Origin: Mantamonas sphyraenae STR306
Lineage: Eukaryota > Protista > CRuMs
DNA: 64,000 bases
Reading direction: 5' to 3'
Assembly (NCBI GenBank): GCA_026936335.1
Contig: JAPMXV010000030.1
Location: 124,001-188,000, forward strand
Each line of letters begins with the position of its first letter. Within the stretch, counting starts at the first letter, position 1. The notes under the pieces were generated by a model. It was not told the origin of the DNA and did not search any database. It saw only the letters and a list, made by a program, of their open reading frames with translations. A program made the translations under genes and the position numbers. Shown here in pieces: positions 13,501 through 26,867 of this stretch.

Positions 13501-15324
13501 ATGTCAAGCGATTATCTGGACCGTCGCCGCATGACCAAGGATATCCAGATTGTGCCGCACAAGAAGAAGAAGAAGAAGATGTCGGTGCCCGACTGGCAGC
13601 AGGCCTCTAAGCTGGTGTACCATGGCGTGAGCATCCTCAGCAGGATGCCCATTGAGCTTCAGCGCCGCCCTCAGAGCCTGCGTCGTTCGTTTGCATCGAG
13701 CACTCGCTTTCACGCAGCCCAAGCACTGCAGCGACACGTGCACCTCTCTGGCAACCAGGTGGCCTTTGACATGTGTGATCGCATGCAGCCGTTCTCGCCC
13801 ATGTACGATCAGAGCGAGCAAGCCAATTATGCAGCCGAGATCCACACCCACTGGTTTCCCGTGCATGCGTACGAACCCACAACAGACACAACCGGCGTGT
13901 ATGTCTTCCACGTGCACGTCCTCGAGGCTGCATCGGCAGGCGCCGTGGCCATCGGCTGGCAACGAGTCACCAACGCAATCCGCATCCATTCCGGACGCAT
14001 GGATCTTCAGCTGAGTGACATTGGTTCCATGATGTACACCAGCGATGGCAAGCGCACGCGTGGCAACCTCGATGTCAGCCTGTTTGCCTCTTCCACCTAT
14101 GAGGCCCTGTCGGAACACTCTTCCGATGACGAACCCATTGAAATCGTTGCGGACATGCCTCTCAACCACCCGCCACCCGCACCTCCTGTGCCGGCCAACC
14201 TGTCTCACAGTCATTACTCGCGGACCATCGAACAGGTGCAAGTGCCTCGCGACTACGACCAGGAGATTCCCGTGCTTCGCGACTACGAGGAGGAGTTTGT
14301 CCCCGCGCGTTCTCCGGAACCCGAAGAAGAGACAGCGGGCGATGGCTCTGTGACAGTTCCTTCAAAGGGCCTGGAAGCCACTCCGCCGAGCATGAACCGG
14401 TTCACTCGCTACGGCGATGCTTTCGGACCGGGCGATGTCATCACTGCCTGCGTGGACTACACTCACCGCGTGGTTCGCTTTGCCAAGAACGGCCTGTCCA
14501 TGGGCCCGGCGTTCACCCTTGAGGCAGGCGCTGTGCTTGTTCCCTCCCTCGCCTTTGCCGACACCGCCAAGGTCGAGGTCAGCTTTGGCGAGCCGCCGAA
14601 GCAGATGCCCAACGTATTTGTACTCGAGCGTCACGTACCCTTCCTGCCCCACGTCGATCTGCACGACGCCGAACAGCGTGCGCAGGCCAAGGAGCTGTTT
14701 ACGCGCATCGAACAGAGCATCGACACCTTTTACGCACAGGCTGGCGACCTGGCGGTCTTCCCGGCCATCTTTCAGCTGCGCAACTATGTGCAGGCTGCTG
14801 CCCCTTTCATTCACAAGATGCTGGTCACCAACAACGCCCTGACCTCCACCGAACTGGTCATCCTCCAGGACGGCGCCTCGTCGGTGTTCAACACCCTTCG
14901 TTACATCGCACTCTCCGACGGCATTCAGATGAGCAGCTTGGATACCATTCGCGCCTCGCTCAAGGATCCCGAAGATTTCAGCAGCAGCAAAAAGTCGTCG
15001 GCGTCGGACGACAGCGACAGCGACGACGAGTCTGACGATATGGACAGTGACACGTCGTCCAGTCTGGAAATGTGGGACAGCTGCGACGAGCAGGAACGCA
15101 CGCTTATCAGCGTGGCAGTCGTTGCCATGGCCACCATGCTGTGGACGACCAACACCACGCGCCAGGGAGCGCTTTCGGTCCTCCGTGCAGCCGTGGACCA
15201 CCCTCTCCTCAACGACAGCGACAACGCCCTTGCCCAACCCGCACACGTCCTGTTTTCGTCGATTCAACACCTGCTGCGTCGCTGGGACGGCAAGAAGATC
15301 GCCGACGAACAAGAGAAGGATTGA
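10569..15324 (+). CDS. Multi-pass membrane protein with Pro-rich linker, R-SNARE (synaptobrevin) motif and SPRY-like domain; 5' exon structure uncertain
   Basis: Several hydrophobic segments to ~11750; IMEDNIDKVLERGSKIDDLLTKSDDLSSTSKAF at ~13040-13140; SPRY-like YGDAFGPGDVITACVD...VRFAKNG at ~14410-14500. Confidence 0.75.
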
Positions 15325-15328
15325 AGAC

Positions 15329-18300
15329 TCACGATTTGTCCATTTGACGTCCCACATGCAAGTCCAGCTTGCTCTCCAGCAGCGTTTCCATACGGGTCAT
15401 CTTGGTCACCGTGTCTGCCAGCGACGGGAACCGCGTCTGGTTGCGTTCGATTTGTTTGGCAATCTGTTTGAATCGCCGCGTGGCCTCGTGTTGCTTGCGC
15501 TGTGTCGTCTTACGCAGTGCCAGACGAGGAGAAAGATCCTGAGACAGCGAGCTTTCCATGCTGGGGGCATGGCTCATCGTCTTGCTGCTGCTCCTGCTCA
15601 TGGCCTTGCTGCTGCTTCGGCTCTGGCCCTCGTTGGTTGTCTTTCTCGACCCCCCAGCGCCGTTGCTTGCGCCCCGCACAGCTTTGCGCTTGCGTGGCGA
15701 CGCATTCATGCCTGGTGACAACGTACGCACCTCGCCACTCACCGTCCGCGCCGTCGTGACCACAAACTTCTTGGTCAACGACACTCGCATCCGCATCTTT
15801 TCCCACTGCTGCGCAGAAGGCGTACCACCATTGGCTTTCTCCTTCACCAATGCTGGCGTACGAGGGCTCCTTGTCGTCACACCCACATCACTGCCGCCAA
15901 ACTCGGCCAGTGCCAATTCCACAGCCTCTGGCGCCGCCCGTCCTTTGCGCACTGTGCCTGCCCCTGAGCCTGTCTTCTTTCGCCGACGCTTTTTGTTCCC
16001 CCGCATCCGTTCGATTTCACGTTGTTGGGCCTTGGCCTGTCGCTCGTACACTTCCGGTGCGATCTTCTGTGGTCGTCGCTCTTTTTGCTCTTCCAGCATC
16101 TGCGCACGTTCTCGCTGGCCCACAAAGATGGTGGACGATTTGCGCGACATGGCTGGGCTGGACACCATCGAACCAAGACTTTGCATCACCTTCTCCATGT
16201 GCAGTTCCTCCGACGTCTGCTTGCGCATCCCTTCGCCCTCCCGCCCTTCCTCTTCTGACTCCGTCGGTTCAATCAGAATTGCATCCACCTCTTTGACTTC
16301 TTGTGAGTCCCCTGCACCTTGACGCTGCTGGTCAGACTCCTTCTTCGTAGCCTCCGCCTCGCCTTTCTTCGGAGGGGCTGGTTGGCCTGTACCCACAATC
16401 TCCATCGGTGCAGTGCTTTCTTCCTCTTTCGCAGTGGATTCTTGCTCCTCGTTGGCGCTGGTGCCATCTCCTTTCGTCTCGTCGCCATCGCGTTCTGCGG
16501 CTTCGTCTGTGGTCTGATCGAGCCGCGCTGCAAAGCGGCTCGTCAGGTCGTCTGTACTCACCATGCGCACCAAATCATTCCCTGCAGTGCCATCTGCAGA
16601 CACAGATGTGGTCATGGGCGGTGGTTGCTCGTTTTCACCCGGTGTATCTGCGCCCGTGGACGGCGGAACGTTTGAGCGAACGAGCGGCATCCGCACCTTG
16701 GACATGTCGGACTGCCTGCGACGGCGTTCTCGTCGTCGCACAGAGCTCATCGACGCGGTACGTTTGAACTTCATCGCCTGACTGCTGGAAAACATGTGCT
16801 TGGGTCGGCGCTGGGAAAGCACATGATCGCGCACATCCTCTTCCAAGGACTCCATGTCTGCCGCAACGTCATCGCCAACCTCCGAGGTGTACTGCGTTCG
16901 ACGTTCCAGTTCCTCGTCGTCCGATTGCACAAGGTTCTTCTGGTACCTGTCGGTGAACAGATCGCTCAGCGAGGTCTGTTTTCCGAGCTCATGGCGCACT
17001 TTACCGGCCTTTCCAGCCCCAGCCGCCAGCATACGCGACAGAAGCGACTTGTCACTCTTGCGTGACACCACACTGCTGCTTGATCCCTGGATCATCATGG
17101 TGTCCATGCCCACAAGCCGCAACGATCCGGACTCCGTGCTTGCCGGCCTTCCTACGTCAGATGTGGATCCAGAGGTCCCACTGCGGTCGCTGCGCACGCT
17201 CCCAGTCCGACCATGGTCCTGTTGTGGCACCTGCATGTGGTCCACACTGTCCCCGTCGCCCTGGTCCACGCCTCGTGCCGATCGCTGGGCACGACGCTGC
17301 TCCACTTGAGCAATCCGCTCCTTCTCCTTGGTGTCTTCCTCTTCCAACTGCCTCTCCAGTAGGCGGATCTGCTCCAACAGGCGTTGTTCCTGAGCTCGGT
17401 CGTAATCAAAGCCCTCCACGAGTTTGCTGTCCTCCAGCGGCTTAGCCTGCCCCACCGGAAGCACGCCCATCGCTTGGTTTTGCTCTCCGCTCATGCGTCG
17501 CACTTGCACAAAATTGTCCCCTTCCTCCACTTCCTTTAGTGTCATGTACGCATTCAACGAGCCACGTCGGGCCATACGATCGCCCGCGCGCGCCCCTTCC
17601 AATTGCGTCAACCGTTGTTGCAGCGCACCAGGGTCCATTTGCATCCCGTTCGACTCGTCCAGTGCCATTTGCTGCACGGCGGGGGACATGAATGCAGATG
17701 AATCGCTGGAACTGCTCGAGCCACTTCCTTGCAGCAGGCCCACGCGTCCGGAAACGCTGTTCCGCGCGGTGCTCGTTGTCGACGACGGAGAATCCACCTT
17801 GTTTTTGGTCCTTGCTTCCTGTGCAAGTGCAGAACTGGTCTGCTGCTGAAGCTGATGTTGGTGCTGTTGTTGTTGCAGCACTGCTTCCGCAAGAACCTCC
17901 TGTTCTTGCTGTTCCTGCTGTTCCTGCTTGTGCACCTTTTCCTGGGCAAGCATCACCGCTTCCAGACGTTGTTCGCTCAGGTGTTCGTACTGTTGCCACA
18001 GCTGAGCAAGTCGCCGCTTGCGCCGTTCCTTGAGTCTGCGTCGCCTGCGTTCTACAAAGTCATCTTCTTCCTCTTGCCGCCGTGCACGTGGCGTGAAATC
18101 CCTCGTCTCCTCCTCCGTCATTGCATCTCCAAAGTCGATGTCTTCGTCCTCGTCCGAGTCACTGTACTGCAGATGCACGTCCTTGACTGCGTCTCCTTCG
18201 GGTTTGCGCAACCCTAACTTCTCCTCGTCCGAACTGCTCCAATCCGTTTGGTCCAGTGCCTCACTTGCCTCCATGCGTGCTCGTGCGCGCTGTCGAGCAC

Positions 18301-21300
18301 GTTCGCTGCGTCGTCGAGCACGTGCCCGTTGCTTGCGCATTGCTTCCTCCACATCATCCTCCGCCTCATCGTCCTCTTCACCCTCCAGTACTGCTGCCTC
18401 CATGGCCGCTTGTGCCTGTTTACCCGTCAGTGTACTGCTGCGCTCAGCATCTTCATGCAGCTTCTCTTGCCTCAGCTTCGCCTCAGCCACAGATGCCTCC
18501 ATGCGAGCCACTTCCTTTCGCTGGCGTTCCACGCTGCTCCCTGCCTCGCCTCGCTCATCCTCACCCTCGTCCTCCTCATCAGACATCTCCTTCCTGCGCA
18601 GCATCTCACTGAGTTGTTCCCATTTGTCCCGCAGCGTGGTGTCCGAGTCATCCAGGCGCCCGTGCCGGACCGTACGCATCTCGTCCCCCACATCGTCCCA
18701 TTCCTCACTGTCGGCGCGTTGCAACAAACTGTTGCGCACCAGAGGAAGGTAGTCCGTCAACGATTTGCCCTTGTACCGAGGCACAGGAGGACGCTTCACA
18801 GACGACATGCCGTCGCGATACATCGTTGCCAACACCTCGGCGCTGACTGATCCTGCGCCACGCCATCCTCGCTCGCCTCGCTTCAGCTCCTCAGCTTCGC
18901 GTCGTTTGCGCTTCACCTCCTCGTACCGCCTGAGTTTGGCCTCGTATTCGGCACGTTCGCGCTCCAGCTTCTCCAGTCGCCTTCGCTGACGTTCCAGCTC
19001 ACGCTGCCGCTTAAGCTCCAGCAACCTGTCGCGCTTTTGGATCAGCAGTGAGCTGGCCACGGTGAGTGAGTCCAGCTTGGCCTGTTGCTTGTACATGGCC
19101 TCCGATCCGTGGTTGTTTGCGTTCATGCGGTCAAGCTGCTTGTGAAAGTCGTCAAACACTGGGTTGTACCGTGTGCCAAACTGCACATCCTTGGCCTGCA
19201 CACGTTTGTTCAACATCCGTTGTGATTGGCGCTGCTTGGCTTTGACGCGCTTCACCTCTTCCGGCGATGGCCTGGGATATGTGTCCACCTCCAATCGCGT
19301 GGCACTGACGCCCGGGGTGTCCAGGTACTGCGACAGTTCCGTGTCCCACCACGAGCTGTCCGTCGTGTTTGCCGTTGCATGTGTGGCCATGCTCTGCATT
19401 GACGCGTTGGATGTCACTGCAAACCTGTTTTGCCCGCGCAGCGACGGGAAGCGCACGCCACTGCTAGGCGTTTGTTCGGAATCAGCCATGTACATCGACT
19501 CGTCCTCTTCCAAGCTCTCGTCCGTGCGCCATCCGCCTGCATCCCAGTCTCGCCCGTCGTCTCCTTCGCTCTCGGACGAGTCCCATTGGCCGCTGGACAG
19601 ACGCATGCGCGATCGAGGCGACACCGGGCGCGACCGAAGAGCACCTCGGTCGACGTCTGCACGTGAAAAGTACTCTACGTCGTCGTAATCGTCTGAATCG
19701 TAGTCGTCGGAAGAGCTCCACTCATCAGCCTCCAGCGTGTCGATGGCATCGGGCTGAAGCAGCTTGTGCCGCTGCTTGACAGACTTGATGCGTCGCGAGT
19801 ACTGGTTGCCTTTCTTCCACTGCGGGTTGGATCGGTCATGCTTGACGTATCTGCGTGCATACGTCTGGTGATACTTCATGGCCTCCTTGCGAGCAAAGGT
19901 GACCTGTTGCTCCAGTTCTAGCTGGCGCTGCTGCAGGGCTTTGCGTCTGCTCGTGTGCATCACCTGGTTCCAACTGAACCGAGGCTCCTGGCGCAGATCA
20001 CGGGCGCGTTCTTCAGACAAGTAGGCGTGCGAGCGGATGATGCGCAGATGGCTGCCGATGCTCACAGCCAGATCTCCGTCCTGATTGAGGAAGGCCACCG
20101 CGTCGATGGGCTTCCTCAGATTGAATTGCACCTCCAGCTGGTTGTCCTGCGTCCAGATTTTGATGAGGCCGTCGAGGGAGGAGGTTACCCAAATGCGAAG
20201 CAGCGCGCAAAAGTCGATGGACGTCACCTGTGCGTAGTGATCATTTTCCATGGGTCGCATCAGTTCCTCGCCCGTGGCAGTGTCCACCATCTTGAGGAAG
20301 GAGTTTTCCACGCAGCACATGAGCTGGTGGTCGTCAAAGTGGTACAGCGACGGAACCTCCATCTCCACAGGAAGGCTTTGGATGGTGGTGAAGTCGTCAA
20401 GCGAGTGGACTCGGATGCGGTCCTCTGAGACAGAGATGATGTGATTGCTGGCACTGCTGTAGCCGAGAGCCCGGATTGCGGTGGTGTGCAGCCGGTGCAG
20501 TTGATACATGTACTCCTGGTGCGGGTCCAAACACACCAGCGCCCCGTTGCTTGTACCAGCAAGCAGAATGGTGAGTTCCATATTGCGGGCCAGGGCGTTG
20601 CTGATGGTCGAGGCCGCCTTGGATGCAGTGGAAGACGAGCCCTTGGTCACGGCCAGTTTCCGCTTCTCCTTTGCGCCATCGTAACAGTTCAGGATGACTG
20701 GAACTGGCTTGGGCAATGAGGGAATCCTGCTTTTGGCGTGTGGCCAGGGCTCCGGCATCTGTGGCGATGGTTTTGCCCCCGGCACGTTCGTCGGCGCTGA
20801 TCATATCCTTGCCGATGGTGCCAAACTGGGCGCGCTTCGCTGTGACCATGAGGAGGCATGTGAGGCCTGTGCCTACGGTTTCGAGCTGACTGTACAGGGT
20901 GCCGAGGTGGGAGGTTCGCTCGGCCACGTTTGGTTCGTCGTAATCGACGTCGTACACCTCAAGAGAGCCCGTGCTGTTGATGAGAAAGAGCTTGGCTCCC
21001 ATGGCGTCCTGGAGGTATTCAACTCCCTGCTGGGATGAGTTGTAGTCCTGCGGGAAGAACACGGCCTGGTCCTTGAGGGAGGCGCCGTTGAGGAGTCGCA
21101 CCCATCCGTCGCGTGAGAGGGTGAAGAATCCAGGCTTGCCGTTGACGTCACCGACAGGTTTGATGATGGTTGTGGGGGAGGAGCCCTCGCGTACAAACAC
21201 ACCGTGGATGTGTGTGGTGAGGAAGAACTGGACACGGTGTTTGGTGGTGACATAGACGTGGCGGTTGTCGTACAACCCCAGCTGGTAGGCAGGACCAGCC

Positions 21301-22460
21301 AGCGGAATGCTATCGAGCATCTGGGCAGTATCTGCATGCCACAGACGCAAGTGAGAGTCACGGCCGACGCTGTGGAAGAAGCCTGGGACGGGCGAGGCGA
21401 GCAGGCCCGTGACGGCGTGCGTGTGGGCGTCGTGTGCCACGTTGAGCGGCTGTGCGTTGAGGTCTCCAAAAAATTTGATGGTGCCGGACTTGTCTGCGGT
21501 GATGATGAGGTCCACCGAGTTGAGGGGTAGCACGGCAGTGATCTTTGTGTCGTGCACGGCGTCGAGGAAACCCAAGTAGCGCAGACCGTCTGCAATCTCG
21601 TACACGACGATGTTGTTGTAACAAACCACATACAGCTTGTGCAACTTGTGATTGACAGTCTGTTGGAAGTGAGGAGGAGTCAAGGGGAGGGGCATGTGAG
21701 CAGGGGGCGACGTGCGTGCGAAGCTAAACGCAGAAACGGCCATACCATGAGGTGGGCGACGCCTTCAAAAGAGGTCTCGTCCATGGCAATAAGGTAAAAG
21801 TCGTAATTCTGACTTGTGCGCTCGCTTTTGGAAAACTTGTAGATCTGTGGGTGGGCAAACCAGAAAGGTGGGTGGGAAACAAACGCGGTGGGGCAACGGT
21901 CGATGCGATTGGGTGAGCGATTGAGGCGGTGGGAGACGCACGTGGAGAGCACTCACGGCAATAAAGTCGACGCCAGAGACGTAGAGCCACTGGCGCTCCT
22001 TGTGATAGTGGATGCACATGATGGGCTTTGTGCATTCAGTGTCCTCGGCCTCGACGGCAAAGTGTCCCGTGAGGATGAGGAGCCTGTAGTCAAAGGTACC
22101 TGCGACGTAGACGCCGAGGTCATCGATGTAGGTGCAAGTGGTAACTTTCATGTCGGGCACGCGGACATGGTTGACATATTCCGGCCGCTTGCTGTCCCAG
22201 AGGGAGAAGCGCGCTTGACGACGCAAATGGCGTGTCATGAGCATGTGCTTCCACTTGTCGTAGAAAGACTGGACGATGGGCACGCGCGCAGGAATGATGT
22301 ACTCCCAGGCGAGCTCAAAGTAGTTTGGGAGCTGTGTGGTGGATGTCTGCGCAGGTTGTTTGCGCAGCAGACACACAGACGCGTCCTGGTCGTCAAAGAG
22401 CTCCGGATCCGACAACGTCGAGTCGTCAGACTCGTCATCGGAGTAGGTCTCGATGGACAT
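15329..22460 (-). CDS. Very large WD40-repeat protein with coiled-coil/acidic C-terminal half (WDR87/WDR97-like architecture)
   Basis: WD repeats (HDTKITAV...TADKSGTIKFF; HYAQVTSIDF...SSLDGLIKIW) across ORFs 21765-22688, 20397-21743 and 15329-20785, followed by long charged tracts. Confidence 0.7.
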
Positions 22461-22681
22461 GACGGCGAGGGGGAATGTGGTTTGCGCGCAGGAAGCGGGT
22501 TGTTGTTGGGCCTGGGTTTGTTTGAGTGGGCCAGAGCAGCGGGAACAATGGCATAACCGAGCTCCAAGGGGAGGGGTTGTCCAATGGGCAATTGAGGGTA
22601 AGGTTTGGTCGGTTCCACAGAGCGTGATGGAGTGCACAGCAGATGAGGGGCTGCGCACGCGCAGGCAAGGAAACGACGCAG

Positions 22682-24235
22682 ATGGCACGCAGTCGGCGTA
22701 GGGTCATCGCCCCTGAAACACAGTACGAAACACAAGAAGAAACACTGAGTAGCACGTATGATGACGATGTGGAAGACGAGCAGAATTCGTTCGTCGCCGA
22801 GACGCCCGAAAAGACGTCGCCCGTGAGTTCCTGAGAACCCTGAATTTTCGTCTGGAGCAAAACACGCTGACACGTGAGTGTGCAGGTCGCGGGATCGAGA
22901 AAACTGCTGCGGGACATGCTGCGCACATCTTTAGGGGGTGGTGCAGCTGAAACGGGGGGCAAGAACAAGCTCCGTGGTTCGTCGGTGTCGACAGGTGCTG
23001 TGATCGTTGGGGAAGGCGGGCTCGGATCTCTTGGGCTGGAATCGCCCGAGCTGACGAGCACACAGGCTCAAACAGGCATGGATGCTGTGTTTGAAACACC
23101 GCAGAGCATGGAGAGCGGAAGCTCTGGAGGGACGCCTTTGTCAGCGCCCTGGCCAGCGACGCAATCGTCGGCCGTGAAAGATCTGAGCAGCGGATTTTTG
23201 GAGGTGGACACTTCTGCGGCCACTGTGGACGGATTGGACGAGTCGAAGACGGGGATGACACCGGAAAAGAGGTTGAACAGCCCAGTGGCGGTGGACATGG
23301 GCACGGTGGAAGAGTCTGTGCTGCTGGAAACGCCCGAGTCGGATGCAGGCGACGGCGGCGGCTTTGTGGACAACAGCATTTTGAGTGAGGATGACGAAGA
23401 AGGTGAGCGTGGACGTGTTTGCACGGGCGACGGTGACGTGGTGATGGACACAGAGGAGGGCCAAGGACAGCGTGCGGGGCGAAAACGCAAGCACCAAGAT
23501 CGGATGGAGGAGCAGGACGACGACAACGATAGCGTAAGCAGTAGGGCAAGTATGAGCAGCGAGAGCAGTGGAAGGAGTAGTGTGGATGAAGAAGAGGAGG
23601 AGGAAAGGGAGGAAGGAGGCACTCTGCAGGGCGGAGATCGCAAGCGACAGCGATGCAAACGACGCATGGACGAGACAATCCTTCAAACAGGGGCAGGCAT
23701 GGATCTGTCGCCATTGCACACACGCAAACAAAGGCGCATGCTGTGCTTCACGAGGCTGCACACACACGAGAAGGACATGGTGGACCAAGTCGTGGCGGCA
23801 CTGCCGGGATTCCACGGCGTGTGCGCTTCGCCAGATGACATGGACTGTACACACGTTGTGTGTGGTGACGGGCAGCGCACGACAAAGACTCTGTTGGGCA
23901 TCGCGTGTGGACGCGCCATGGTTTCGATGGATTTTGTGTCGGACGCGTTCCGTCGCGGCCAGTGGCCGTTTGGGATGGAGAGCCAGTACGCAGTGGAATC
24001 GTTGGATGCAGGCGCAAGCATGGGTGCCGTGGACAAGACATTGAAGGGCAAACGGTTTGTGCTGGACGTGCATGCGCATCCAATTGGAAGGGCGACTCTG
24101 CACAAGCTGATCACGCTTTGTGGAGGCAATGTGGTCACGCGACGCAGGGGGGGAAAGCAATCAGCGAGGGCGACGATTGTTGTGGACGATGCCAACATTG
24201 GCGAAATGGTGCTCGATCGGATCCAGAGGAAATGA
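22682..24235 (+). CDS. BRCT-domain protein (C-terminal BRCT, microcephalin-like arrangement)
   Basis: CTHVVCGDGQRTTKTLLGIACGRAMVSMDFVSDA plus LHKLITLCGGNVV; first exon MARSRRRVIAPETQ... ends at a GTGAGT donor at ~22823. Confidence 0.75.
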
Positions 24236-26803
24236 GCAGCAAAAAGACGCGGAGCAGCCACTCGTCGCTGGCGGACTTTGAGGTGCTGCAGCAACTGGGC
24301 AAGGGAAACTTTGGAGTGGTGAGCAAGGTGCGTCGCAAGGAGGGACAACAAGCTGTACTGCCTGAAAAAGGTGGACATCAAGAACGCGACGCGAGAGGAG
24401 CAGAACGACGCGATCAATGAAGTGAAGATCTTGGCGGCAATGGAACACCCGCACATTGTGCGATACTACGACTCGTTTCTGCAGAGCGACAACCTGTACA
24501 TTGTGATGGAGTTGGCGGAAAGGGGCAATCTGCACCAACGCCTCAAGGTTGGTGCCATGTGATAGCGTTCAGGGATCAGAGTAGGTGTAGCTCACACACA
24601 CAGAGGGGTCTTGGGACAGAAACAACGGGGCAAGCGGCTATCAGAGGACCTGATTTGGAAGTACTTTCTGCAGGTAGCGAGCGCGCTTCATTGTGAGTGT
24701 TGAGGAGAAACGCACGGGCCTTGCAGAGGGGACACAGCAACTGACGACGCACATGGACGTGACGGGAGGGCAGATATGCACTTGAAAAAGATCCTACATC
24801 GGGACATGAAGTCTCTGAACATCTTTCTGGACAAGGACGACAACGTGAAGCTGGGAGATTTTGGCGTGAGCAAACTTTTGGGCACGAAACAGTTTGCCCA
24901 CACGATGGTGGGTACTCCGTACTACTTAAGCCCGGAACTGTGCGAAAACAAGCCGTACAACGAAAAGTCAGACGTTTGGGCGCTGGGGTGCGTTCTGTAC
25001 GAGCTGTGTACGCAGAAACACCCGTTTGACGCGCGCAACCAGGGTGCGCTTGTGCTCAAGATTGTCCGCGGACGCTACCAGCCCATCTCGACGTCGTATA
25101 GCACCGATCTACACAAAGTGGTGAAGGGATGCCTGACGCGAGACCCGTACCTGCGCCCGAGCGTGGAGGAGCTGCTGCGGTCGTCCGCGGCGCTTCGCAA
25201 GGCCCAAGAACTGGACATCGACCTTCCGATGAAGATCAAAAAGAAGCAACAAGGTCCAGAGAAGAGCAGCGCCGTGCAAAATCGCCGCAGTGCATCTGCT
25301 GGGAGCAGCACAAGCAGCAGTGGGGTGGCTGGGAGCAGTAGCTCGAGCAAGACCAGGAGAAGCGGTGTCTCGCAGACAAGGAACAGGGTGAAAGATACGG
25401 GGGCAAGCAATGGGAAGAGCACCAAGCCAGCATACCAACCCATGCGACCGTCGTCGCGGGTTTCCAAGCGGCCTGGGGCGCCTGCAAAGATTACGCCCAG
25501 CAAGGAGGTGCAGCACATCCGTGCGCCTGTGTACCCGCGCAAAGGGACGTCTCCAAGCAGAATGGAAGGAGACAAGCAGGGCAAGCGGACACCCAGCAAA
25601 GGAGCAGGGGCCCCGGTGACTGCGGGTCAGGCGTCGGGCAAAAGCGCCATCGGCCAAGGGAAACGTGGTGGGGCAGGACGTCAGCAAGGGTCAGGGTCAG
25701 CAAAGGCAACACCGGGGCAGATGGTGAAGCCACGACAGACGCCAGCGGCCATGGTGTCGATGAAGCGAGGCAAGTCGTCCAAAGCGGGCCGTGGCCGGAA
25801 GAAGCCGTCGATCCAGGATCTCGATGCAATGGAGCGTGACATGGAGCTTGTGGCCAACCTGCCTGACTTTGGCACCGACAGCGACGAGGAAACGGTGGGA
25901 CAGCAGGAAAAGGACGAAGGAGTTGCGGAGGAAGAGGAGGAGGAAATGGAGGAGGAAGTGGAGGAGGAGGTGGAAGAGGAAGTAGAGGAGGTGAGCGTGG
26001 GAGGTGATGGGGAAGAAGAGGAAGAGGAAGAGGAAGAGGAAGAGGAAGAGGATGAGGAAGAGGGAACCACGAGGACGGAGGGGCAATCTGTGACGTGGAG
26101 GGTGCTGGACGATGGGTACGAACCTGTAGTGGAGTATGCTAGGCCTGGGTTCCGTTATGCAGACGATGAGGAGGATGAAGAGGAGGACGAGGTTGTGTTC
26201 ATCCCGGCGGAAGAGTACGAGGCCGTGTTTGACACAGAGAACATCATCACGACACGGGAAGATTGCGAACAGGATGGCAGACAATCAGGACTTGTGAAGA
26301 GTGGAGTTGGAGCAGGGAGCAGCAGCAGCAGGAACCCGTCGGACCTGCGCAACATCAACCGACTTCTGGACAGGGTGGACACGCTGCAGCGGCAGCTGGA
26401 AGAGACGACCAAAGAGTGCGTGTCGGAAATAGGACAGGAGCTGTTTGATGAGCTGTTTGCATTCTTGCAGGCCAAGTCAGACGAGGGGTTGGAGGAAGCA
26501 GCGGCGGCGGCGGAAGAGGAGGATGCAGGCGTGGAGACCGTGGACCGACTGGACGAGTTTGATGAACAGAACGCATACGACGAGTACAACGAAGATGGAG
26601 AGGAGGAGGATGTGGGAGAGCACAGCTTGCGTGCAAGCGAAGATGCGATGGAGGACGAGATCACCCACTTTGTGTACCGCAAGCTGCCGATTGAAAAGGT
26701 GGAGGTGGTGCACAAGGTCTACCAAGTGATGTTTGTGCAGCAGGAGATCGAAGAGTGCAAAGGCCGCGTGGCGGAGCTGCTGGAAGCGGAAGAAACCGGA
26801 TAG
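24232..26803 (+). CDS. NIMA-related (NEK) protein kinase; apparent +1 frameshift at GGG 24342-24344
   Basis: LGKGNFGVV, EVKILAAMEHPHIVRYYDSF, HRDMKSLNIF, KLGDFG, GTPYYLSPELCENKPYNEKSDVWALGC; two introns at ~24548-24619 and ~24693-24773. Confidence 0.9.
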
Positions 26804-26867
26804 TGGGGATCGCCCGATCGCAGGCAATGGAAAACGCGTTGGAGCACAGCGCACACATCCCTCCAAG

